DNA from: Podarcis cretensis
Taxonomy: Eukaryota
NCBI GenBank assembly: GCA_951804945.1
Contig: OX638155.1
Coordinates: forward strand, 31,000,001 to 31,064,000
Direction of reading: 5' to 3'
DNA length: 64,000 nucleotides
Shown: piece by piece, positions 1-18,100 of the stretch
How positions within the stretch are numbered: position 1 is the stretch's first letter
Layout: every line of letters begins with the position of its first letter
The notes under the pieces: model-generated
Told to the model about the DNA's origin: nothing
Database searches by the model: none
What the model saw: the letters and a program-made list of their open reading frames with translations, nothing else
Position numbers and translations under genes: made by a program

Positions 1-291
1 AGTCCTGGATTTACAGAAACCATCCCGGTTTCTGATTTGATCCTGGAATGTCCTGCTTTTCCTTAGGATGTCTCTGTTTTCATTGGAGAAATGTTGGATG
101 GTATGGAGTTATCAAGACCCGTGAGCTATCTGAAGGTTGTAGAGGTAGGTTTTTAAATATTTAGTATTTTATTTTGTTCCTATAGATGTTGGAAGCCACC
201 CAGAATAGCTGTGGCAGCCCAGTCAGATGGGCGGGGTATAAACAACAACAACAACAACAACAGAATAGGACGTCCCTAAATGTTGGAGGAT
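1..291. repeat. Composite interspersed repeat with L2-type tail and (CAA)n at 241-261
   Basis: 190-260 is the reverse complement of the tail seen at 17785-17900 and 39430-39480 (CCCATCTGnCTGGGTTTCCCCAGCCACTCTGGG). GGAGAAATGTTGGA-type termini. Confidence 0.55.
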
Positions 292-418
292 ATGATAGCT
301 CAGCCGGTAGAGCACGAAGCTGTTAAGCTCAGGGTCGTGGGTTCGAATCTCACGTCGGGTAGAAGTATTCTTGCACTGCAAGGGGGTTGGACTAGATGAC
401 CCTCGTGGTTCCTCCCAT
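292..418 (+). mobile_element. tRNA-derived SINE with CR1-like tail, in PAK1IP1 intron 1
   Basis: A box (TAGCTCAGCCGGTAGAGC) and B box (GGTTCGAATC) followed by GGGGGTTGGACTAGATGACCCTCGTGGT, the same tail as the CR1 3' end at about 3505-3530. The anticodon stem does not pair. Confidence 0.8.
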
Positions 419-429
419 GAGCGGGAGGA

Positions 430-1480
430 AGACGCCCTTTCATCGCCATCACCGTGGCAACATTCGAACCCACAAGGGCGGAGCTGCGCGCGGCCAACGC
501 CGCGAAGGCTTATGGGAAGGAAGCCTTTGAGCAAGACGAGGCGAGCCAGCAAAGCTCCCCCGTGACCCTCGTGCGCGTCGCATCTCGCGTGGCGTTCGTC
601 GCGCATGCGGCCCTCGTGCCGTAAGTGCACAGTGCGCCACTTTTTGCTCTTTCCAACCCCCCCCCGCTTTCGTTTCGTTTTTTTAAATACAGTTCTTACC
701 TCGTCCGGCCGTATAGCGAACCCGAAGAGCACCTGTTCGTAGCAGCCCCCTAACAGCTCCATTTTTCAGCCTTTCGGCGGCGCCTAATGACGCGGGGGTC
801 CTTAATAGCCGTGCGGCGTGGGGTTGTCCTTTTCTCCCGCCTGATCAGGAGCCGGAAGACTGTGCCAGCCGCGTGCGCTGCGGCCCTCACTGACTGGCGC
901 TTCCCGTACGACTTCCTCGTATGGGGGGGCGGGAAGAGCGGCCGGAAGTAAAACAAACAGGCAGTCACCGGGGCAGCCTTGGGCGGAAGTCGTCGGGAGG
1001 AGAAGGAAGAAGGCGGGGCGGCGGCGGAAGGGAGCGTTGCGACATCCGAACTCCTCGTTATGGCGGCTCTCAGGAAGGCCGGAGACGTTAGTATCGGAGG
1101 GGCTGAGGGAGCGCGGGTGGCGCTGGCGGGTGGCGAACAGGTGCTTCTCATTCCTTAACGGCCTCCCTCCGGCGCTTCTGGGGGTCGTTTTCAGGCTCCC
1201 CCGGCTCTTCTGGTGGAGTTTCTCCAGCCCCGCCCCTGCGAGGGAGGCCTCGGCGCGTGCAGGAGGCGCTTTCGCCCGCCCGCCCGCTCGCTGGCTGTCG
1301 GGTTGCCCCCTCGCAAGGCTGCTCAGTCCTCCTGGGCGCGCTTAGTCTCGGCTGTGCGGCTTACGACAGACACCTGAACCTAGGAGGTTTCTGCAAAGGC
1401 TCAGCCCAAGGCTTTCGTTTTAGACGTAGCCCGGTTGCACCGTTAAGCGTCGCTAGGGGAAAGTGAGCCGCGTTGGATTA
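430..1480. promoter_or_regulatory. CpG island, bidirectional promoter PAK1IP1 / C6orf52-like
   Basis: GC/CpG-rich. ETS/GABPA-type CCGGAAG/CGGAAGT motifs near 852, 942 and 984 lie between divergent genes. Candidate non-coding first-exon donor CAG|gtgctt at 1140. Confidence 0.8.
700..762 (-). CDS. PAK1IP1: PAK1-interacting protein 1, first coding exon (gene continues left of the window)
   Basis: Translates MELLGGCYEQVLFGFAIRPDE, matching the PAK1IP1 N-terminus (MELVAGCYEQVLFGF...). It is followed on the - strand by a canonical GAG|gtaaga donor at 699 and lies head-to-head with a C6orf52-like gene, as in mammals. Confidence 0.93.
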
Positions 1481-1961
1481 ATGGGACTTAAAAACCCGCA
1501 ACAGGCGGGTCTAGAATTGAAATGTAAAGCACACCCCCCCTCAAGGGAGACAGAGACGCCTTCTAGATAGTCGGATATATTTTGCTAAACATACAGTTCT
1601 AGGCGAAATCAAATTTTCAGTTGAAAAACGAAGGACCTGGTAAGGTGGTTTTTTGTTTTTTTTAAAAAATCACAGTACCTTATTACACAGGCATATTTCT
1701 ATTGGGAAACAACTTTTTGCCGCCGCCGCCCCCCCCCCGCTTGAACATCTGTTACAGAAAATGCGGGTACTACTTTATTTTGGATTTTTCAGATTTGAAA
1801 GTGTCTTTTTCAGAAATTATTTTCTGTTTTATATTTTGCCCAAACTACTAGGGTGAAATCAAAATCTGTTAAACTCTTTATGAGTGTTTTTCACCTTCCT
1901 CCATGTGCCCCCTCAAATCGTGCTCTGAAATTAAACCATGGAATTAAGTTCCTGCAGCCTA

Positions 1962-2200
1962 TTGTGATGGCCACCAACCTGGATGCCTTTAAGAGAGGAT
2001 TAGACAATTCATGGAGGGATAAGGCTATCAATAGCAACGAACCAAATTAGCTTTGTTCTTTTTCACCTGTCAGTGGCAGTTCTGCGAATTGTTGTGCTCA
2101 GGTCCTGCTTTCAGGCTTCCCATGAACACCTGACTGTTCTCTGTAAGGACAGAATGCTGAACTAAGTGATCATTTGGCCTGATCCAACAGGGTTTTTATT
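1962..2200 (+). mobile_element. Old CR1-type LINE 3' fragment
   Basis: GTGATGGCCACCAAC..GGATGCCTTTAAGAGAGGATTAGAC translates VMATNLDAFKRGLD, a typical CR1 ORF2 end, followed by a decayed 3' UTR. Confidence 0.65.
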
Positions 2201-2970
2201 TTCTTATGAGAGGAAAGTGAAGTTCTGTTGCATTAACAGAAATTAATCTCACTCATGTGCAGATATAATGGGATGCAACACTTGGGGTTTCTCACTTACC
2301 TAGGGAATGTATTATTCTAAAAATTTATGTAAATACATGCTATGAACATGATCCTTGAGTGTAAGAATTATGTGGTGTGCTTTGTGTTTGGAAAAGTATC
2401 ACGGAAACAAGTTTTGATGATTTCATTGAGACTTATCCAGTTTAGTATACTCTCACCAAAGATTTGTAATATCAGTACAAAACAGCAAAAAGGCTCCCAG
2501 TTCTCCCTTCGGTCAAAATAAGTCCTATTGCTATGAAACTGTTATCATGTGTCTCTAATTCTTTCTTTCCTTGTATTGTAGTGAAAACATAGGTTTAGCA
2601 ATCGTGGAGGAAGAAAGTACCAAAAATAGTTGTGAATTCATAAGATACTTGGAACCCGAAATACATTGGATGACACCTTACTTTGGTACTCTCCATCTTC
2701 TGCGTCCAGAGTTATTTTTATTTGGCAGTTTGTGTAGTAGACACTGACTGGTAAGTTGAAATTATTCAGCTTGAAGAACTAGTTGTAGAACATGTTATTT
2801 GCATGTCTTTAAAGATGTTATGTCTGTCAGCAATCTTGTAAGTAGAGCAATATATTAGCTTCCTGAATGCATATTTTACATTACAATTTTGCATTGCTAA
2901 TCTACAGATTTGATGTGCTCTTGTACCTTGGGAACAAAGTTACCGTTACAGTTTGACATAGAATATAGTA

Positions 2971-3558
2971 ATTCTGGGCGGCATCTATAGGAGTATAGCA
3001 TCTAGATCAAGGGAAGTAATAGTGCCACTGTATTCTGCTCTGGTCAGACGTCACCTGGAGTACTGTGTCCAGTTCTGGGCACCACAGTTCAAGAAGGACA
3101 CTGACAAACTGGAACGTGTCCAGAGGAGGGCAACCAAAATGGTCAAAGGCCTGGAAACGATGCCTTATGAGGAAAGGCTAAGGGAGCTGGGCATGTTTAG
3201 CCTGGAGAAGAGGAAGTTAAGGGGTGATATGATAGCCATGTTCAAATATATAAAAGGATGTCACATAGAGGAGGGAGAAAGGTTGTTTTCTGCTGCTCCA
3301 GAGAAGCGGACACGGAGCAATGGCTCCAAACTACAAGAAAGAAGATTCCACCTAAACATTAGGAAGAACTTCCTGACAGTAAGAGCTGTTCGACAGTGGA
3401 ATTTGCTGCCAAGGAGTGTGGTGGAGTCTCCTTCTTTGGAGGTCTTTAAGCAGAGGCTTGACAACCATATGTCAGGAGTGCTCTGATGGTGTTTCCTGCT
3501 TGGCAGGGGGTTGGACTCGATGGCCCTTGTGGTCTCTTCCAACTCTATGATTCTATGA
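2971..3558 (+). mobile_element. CR1 LINE, 5'-truncated 3' end (ORF2 C-terminus)
   Basis: ORF 3022..3486 ([20 protein letters not shown]...[12 protein letters not shown]...FKQRLD) is the classic CR1 ORF2 C-terminus. It ends in a GGGGGTTGGACTCGATG...ATTCTATGA tail. Confidence 0.95.
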
Positions 3559-4452
3559 TAGTCCTTCCAAACTAATTTTGTCTTAATGTAGACGCTGCAC
3601 ATAAAGGGATAATTTATAACTATATTGCTTTGGTTAATTTGGTAAACACAGCATTTTAAAAAGATAAAGTGCACTGCATACCCTAAAAAAGGGGCATGTA
3701 TTTTTCTTTAATTTTCAGGTTGGGAGGAGACTATACCCATGTAGAGTTGCATTCATCTTGAAGCAACAAGTTTGCATCTTAGGGATGCTTCTTAATCTGA
3801 TACTTCTGTTAGACACTCGTAGGTTTGGTGGGTTTTCTCTAACTAGTATACTAGCTGTGTCCTCACCAGGAAAAGTCAAACTAGGCCTCATTCATGATTT
3901 TGTATTTTATTAATTGTAGTTTTATTATGAGTTTCCTTAAATACACTATAGTGTTGAAAATTGGTAGAGAAATTATTAATTTCATAAAATTAATAAACCT
4001 TAAGTGTTGTGGTAAACTACTCATTTCAAAAAAAGTATACTCTTCCATCAAATTGTTTTTCAATGTCAAGGCCAAGATATACAAAATCTAAACAAATTGG
4101 GTGATATTCTAACAGTGTCCATCTGCCAGAAAAATTAGCTTCCACTTTCCAGTGTGACTTCGTCCACTCCTCCCTGTTCACGTGTCTGGAAAATCTGTTC
4201 CAGAAGGTTGATGAACTTGGATTTGAATTTCACCTGTACCTACTATTCTTCTTGGTCACTGTTATATTCCTCAAGGAAGGAATTCCACAAAATCTAAGTG
4301 GTCATTAGGTTACATTTGCAGCAGTCCTGCAATTAAAGGCAGATTATTTTTCATTTAAAAAAACCTTACACATTTCTTTTCTTTTTTTATAGAAAACAGA
4401 GCACCGAAACAGCAGCCGCAGCGTATTTTTCTTCTGAAGATAATTTTTAACA

Positions 4453-12857
<8,405 letters not shown>

Positions 12858-13082
12858 AAGTGTCTTATGTTAACACCATAGCATGACTATTATGACCAAG
12901 GTGCTAAATTGACATTTCTTCAACATTACTTTGGATCCTAAGTTTTTAAGCACGGTGTTGGATTTTGTTTTGCTATGCTTTGATGGCCTTTGTCATTTTG
13001 TTCATCACTCGGTATCTTGAAATCATGTAAATATTCTGGAAATGTAAAGAGTTAGTCTAAAGATAGACTTGCTTATGTAAAT

Positions 13083-13088
13083 AATAAA
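13083..13088 (+). terminator. Probable polyadenylation signal of the C6orf52-like gene
   Basis: AATAAA about 225 nt after the stop codon, followed by T/GT-rich sequence. Confidence 0.65.
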
Positions 13089-13435
13089 ACTTTGTTTCTG
13101 CAAACATGTCAGTTGGAACCTGTCATTACCTTACTAAGTATGTGATCTAGTTTCCAAAATGTAGGGTTGGGGCTTCTGTGGGTGTGGTCCCTTTACCTGG
13201 CTGGTCAAGACTGGTGACAGTGCTGAACTAGATAGACCTTAGGTCTTTGATTTATTTTGTTGCTGTTGTGTAGTTTGCATAATCTTTCCTAATGATGTAA
13301 GGAAATGCATTATTTGTTGAGTAAGAACAAAGGGCAGTGTAGTCCCATACTGTCTCCAGGGTGGCTGGCCAGATTCTAGGGCAAAATTTACAAACAGGTC
13401 CTGATGGAGATAACTGTTGCCCCTTAGTCCACATA

Positions 13436-13605
13436 CTTCAGATATATCTGTATCTGATATATCTGTATCCATATATATCTGTATCTGAAGAAGTGTGCAT
13501 ATATCTGTATCTGAAGAAGTGTGCATGCACACGAAAGCTCATACCAAGAACTAACTTAGTTGGTCTTTAAGGTGCTACTGGAAGGATTTTTTTTATTTTG
13601 TTTCA
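13436..13605 (+). mobile_element. Penelope-like element remnant with stuttered 5' end
   Basis: CTGAAGAAGTGTGCATGCACACGAAAGCTCATACCAAGAACTAACTTAGTTGGTCTTTAAGGTGCTACTGG is nearly identical to 36180-36270. It is preceded by repeats of ATATATCTGTATCTG. Confidence 0.75.
13507..13544 (+). ncRNA. Minimal type I hammerhead ribozyme motif (Penelope-associated)
   Basis: GTAT-CTGAAGA-A-GTGTG(CATG)CACAC-GAAA-GCTC-ATAC: helix I, core CUGANGA, helix II, GAAA and a UH cleavage site. Confidence 0.65.
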
Positions 13606-14039
13606 ATCCTAACTCGTTAGTTTTGCCACAAGTTTCCCTTAATAGTGAACAGAGTTCTCTTAATCCTTTTCCAGTGGGACAGCTCTTCTGTGGAGCACAG
13701 CTCTGCAGCGACATGGATTTAAAGGACTGAATCTAGTCAAAATCATTACTTGAGAACATTTCAGGTACTAAATGGTAAACCAGCCTCCTTGTTACAAGTT
13801 GAAGCTAATTTGTCAAAGCTGACCTCTTTAACAAGATACTAGTTTATTGGATCCAGTTGTCCTATGGAGAGACTTTCCAAATTACCACTGTTAAGTATTT
13901 CAGATAGTGGCTGGGTTAAATCAGCCCATAATTTGATAGCTGCAATAGATTCTCCTCTGAATTTTTGCTAACGCAAGGAGAAAAGAGCTTTAGATTGGGT
14001 GAGGCAATGTATTTTGGTTTAGATTTCCATGAACATGTA

Positions 14040-15150
14040 ATCTCCGGCCCTGTAAGGGTTAAAAAAGGCGCCTTGGAAATCATGTTCATTCCAGAATAGC
14101 GAGTTTCCGGCCTTCGCTGCGGCTTATATCGCGAGATTCTGTGGCGCATCAATGCGTCAGATCGGCAACCACCCCGCGAGAGGGCGGAGTGTGTCCATAT
14201 GCTCTCTGCGCAGCCTCGGATTTCCAAAACTACATTTCCCGTGGGCGCTCATGGGCCGTCGGCGGGCGACTGGAATGAGGCAGGATGGCGGGTCGCGCGG
14301 TTTGGTGACGCCAAGCTGTCCGGGCGGGTGTCCTCTGGTTGGTCGGGAGGAAAGGAAGGAGGGGGAGAATCTCGGGCGGGCTAGACGGTGACGGTGTTGG
14401 TGGAGGGGGGGGGGGAGAGAAAGGGTAGGAAAGGGAGGGGGAAGTGGAGCGGCTAGGGTCGGCCTCGGCGCGCGCGCGCGCGCTAGCCAGGGAGCGAGAG
14501 AGGGAGTCAGGCATCCTGTGAGGGCGCGAGGCAGGCCGCGCGGCGCGGGGCATCGCCATAGAGACAGTGACAGCACAGAACGGGATTGGGGCCAGGGGTG
14601 GGGGCCAAGAGGAGCGTGAGGGAGGGAAAGAAGCGTGAGGGGGGAGAGAAAGCGCGCGCGCGCGGGGGCGCGCACAGGGGGTGGCCGGGCTAGGCCGGGC
14701 CTCTCTGTTTGCGCCGTGCGTGCGTGCGTGCGGGTTGCGGGTGGGTGGGAGGGAGGGAGGCCGGCAAGGCTCGGGAGAGGTCCCAATATGGATTCGGGGG
14801 AAAGCGGCGGAGCTCCGGGAGAAGGAGGAGGAGGAGGTGGTGGAAGCGGCGGCGGCGGCGGCGGCTACGAAAGCGGCGGCGGGAAGATCCGGACGCGGCG
14901 ATACCACCTGGCAGCGGCCTCCTCGAAGCCTTACCCGAGAAACAAGCAGGTGAGGGAGGCCGAGCGGGGGAGCATGTGGTGAGCGAGACCGGCGGCTGGA
15001 CGCATAATATATCTGTATGGAGGAAGCGGCGCCGCCAGCCCCGGAATTGGCCGGCGAGGCTCCGGCTCTGCCCTCCCGGGCCCCCTGGGAGCCGCCGTTG
15101 TCGGCCTGAGAAATGGCCAGGCCATATTCTGGGTGGGTGAACTACCTGGT
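14040..15150. promoter_or_regulatory. NUP153 CpG-island promoter
   Basis: CpG-rich. ZNF143-type ACTACATTTCCC at 14229-14240, TATCGCGAGA (TCTCGCGAGA-like) at 14127-14136, (CG)n runs near 14468 and 14652, and G-tracts. Confidence 0.85.
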
Positions 15151-18100
15151 ACCTCGAGGAGGAAGAGAAAGCATTTTCTGCCCCCCCCCTTCTTCTGAGG
15201 GGGAGAGAAGGGGAACTGTGTGGGGTCTATGTGGGGGAGGGGAGCGTTGATTTCCGAGGGCGATCCCAGCGATATGAATGACTCAAGTGCAGGTGGGGAT
15301 GTTTAGAGGGGTGGGATTCCCCTTCTCCGGTTTTGAGGCGCGCGCTTGGGTTCCATGAGATTTCTCCCCTTCCTGGATTTCTGTTACGGCGGGAAGAAAA
15401 GGAAGGAAGGAAGGGGAGGGCAGGCAAAGGGGAAAACGTGCCTCCTGCGAATCAAGGCGCCGATTCGCTGTTGTGTGATGTCTCAAGCGGTTTTAGCGGG
15501 ATCCCTTGCTTTAAAGGTAACGCCGAAAAGGGGTAGGGTTTTAACCATTGCACAAATCGCGCATCCCCTTAACAGGCTTTAGGCTGCAGCCTTAGCCCCC
15601 ACTTAACCTGGAAGTAAACCCCATTGAATTCAGTAGCAGTTATTTCTGGGTAGAAATGGTGAGGATTGGAATACTTAATGAGTCTGCACAGTGTCCACTG
15701 AGATTTCCAAACCTGTCTTTTGACTTAGTTGGTAGTACTTTTTTAAAGCAAATCTGGTTATGTTAGTGCTTTTATGAAAATGCATGCAAAATATGAATTG
15801 ATTATTCAGGTGCTATTTGAATGCTAGCACAGGGATCAAATCAGCCTTTAATATATTTTAGAAAGAACTTGAGTGTTAGTCATTTATGAGTGACACCTGA
15901 ATTTGTTTTGTTTAACAATTTATAAATGACAGCTTTTAAAAATTGCTGCTCATCCAGACATGTAAGATTTTGAATATTGGGTATTCAGTGAAGTTTATTC
16001 AGAGCAGACCTACTGAAATTTAGAAACTTAATTTAGCCATTAATGTCAGTGGGCCAGCTCCAAGTTGAATTAAAATGGGATAAAACTCACTGTGTTCTAA
16101 ATTTTTATTTTAATAAATTTAAAATATGTGAAAATGGTTGTAGCATGGATTTTTTTCCATGATGGGACAAAGGTGAGATACTAATGAAACAAATAGGTGA
16201 AGCAGAATATGCTGATTTCAGTGTTATTTTTAGGTCACAACCAAAGACAATATAGCTGTTGTGAGAAATGCCTGAAGTTGTAGGTAAAATGTGAAAGAAT
16301 ATAAAATATGATCAAAAGCAATTCATGCTGTGTTCAGAAACACTGCTTTTGAAGCTAACTAGAAATATAAATAAAATTACACTGTGAAAAGCGGCTTCCT
16401 TTATTGTATTTGAAAAGCATCAAACATTTGCAATGGGAGGTTATTATTGGTCAGATTAGCATAGCTGTTGGGTTACAGCTACTAGTGTGAGCAGAAAGTA
16501 GGACAAACACCTATACCTTTTAATTATTGTGTAGAAGAAGTGATTTCAGATAATTGAAGCTAGTTATGTAGGGGTGAGAAACCATGACTACCAAAATTCC
16601 ATCTTCTAACTAATTATTAAAGATCACTGTTGTCATTTGCATGATCTCACCCTGGTATCTGTACTTTTGACATATTTAGTCGTTAGAATGTAATGGTTTA
16701 TATATTTATAGCAAGGAGTTGTATTGACTAAGTTCTACTCTGGAGTATACCTATTTGAAATTATCCTATGCTAACCATGCCCATTAATTTCAGTGAGTCT
16801 GCTCTGGGTATTACTGAAGTTGGATACAGTCCATACAATTTACCACCATTACACTATTTGGATTAAATGGGTGAGCAGTTATGGGCATGATCTTTGTCAT
16901 CTTCTCTTTGCCTGTACATAAAGCCCAACAGTGTTGCTATTTCTCCATACATCTTTTGTAATTGTTTCAGTTGTTCTATTTTATAATAAGGTTCAGCTTT
17001 GGAAATGAAGTTTTAAAACTCCCCACTTATATAGGGAATAGATTTCTTGAGATTCCTGCCTCTGTGGTGGTGAAGACCAATTCAGCAGTTCATTTGTCTT
17101 CAACACAGTTCTGTTCTGCCCTAATATTTATGCAACTGTCATCTAAAGCCAATTAGTTAGTTTTGGCCTTTGTTAATGGAATGTATAAATCTTGGAAGCC
17201 TAAATCCTCATAAACCTTGTTTTAAGATTAAATTTAGTATCTTTAATCCTGTAGGGAATTTTACAAATTATGTTTGTGAGAGGATTTTAATAGTGCTGTA
17301 TTTCTGAACACACAAAAAAGCAATACACAAAGATTTGTGTGTGTGTAAACCCTATTAATTTTCTGGATTTCCACTTTGTAAACCCAATGAAATGTAAGTG
17401 AATTGACAACCAGTAGGAATTTCCTTGCTTGCTTTTTTCTGGACTTTTCTCTTGCAAATCTTTACAATATACAAGCAGATTCTACCGGTTTTAATGAAAC
17501 ATTTTGCTTTGCTTTAAGCACATTCTTGCATGTTTGCCAGCAAAGTGGTCCAATAAAAATTATCCTAATGTAAGCTGCTGCTTTTTATGGAACCACCACC
17601 AAAGCATCATTTCAGGGTAACGTATAGAGGCTATATATTATTCAAGTTGAGAAACCGCTTGGAGTAAGTTCTTTCTGATCAGTAGTAGATTGAGATATCT
17701 TTGTACCTTGAGCACAATCTCATTCAGTACTTTGATTTTGATATTCTTTTGGAGCAGATATTAGCCTGACCAATTTAAAGCATGTAATAATAACAATAAT
17801 TTGTTATTTATACCCTGCCCATCTGACTGGGTTTCCCCAGCCACTCTGGGCGACTCTCAGCAGAATATTAAAAACATGATAAAACATTAAACATTAAAAA
17901 GTTCCCTAAACAGGGCTGCCTTTGGATGTGGGTTGGATCCAGATTAACAGCAATCCAACACCCAAAACACATTCTGCTGAGCTGTTAGGAGGGTTGGATT
18001 GCGTGAAGGTGTTTTTTCTGCTCAGCTCTATTCTTCTGTCAGGTCTGACCTTCCTCTTTTGCCTGCTGAATGTGCAGATTAGGAAGGAGAGCAATAGGTG

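Noticed and set aside
292-362. tRNA gene with apparent GTT (Asn) anticodon
   Set aside because: The anticodon and acceptor stems do not pair and the sequence runs straight into a CR1-like tail, so it is a tRNA-derived SINE.
223-699. 179-aa ORF 223..762 as a full protein
   Set aside because: Only the first 21 codons are PAK1IP1; the rest is read-through into intron 1 past the GTAAGA donor.
13436-13510. CRISPR-like or regular repeat array
   Set aside because: Eukaryotic DNA with irregular stutter repeats and no unique spacers; explained by the Penelope-like remnant.
14157-15140. Long overlapping ORFs on both strands
   Set aside because: Stop-poor CpG-island sequence; only 14788-14949 has homology (NUP153 exon 1).
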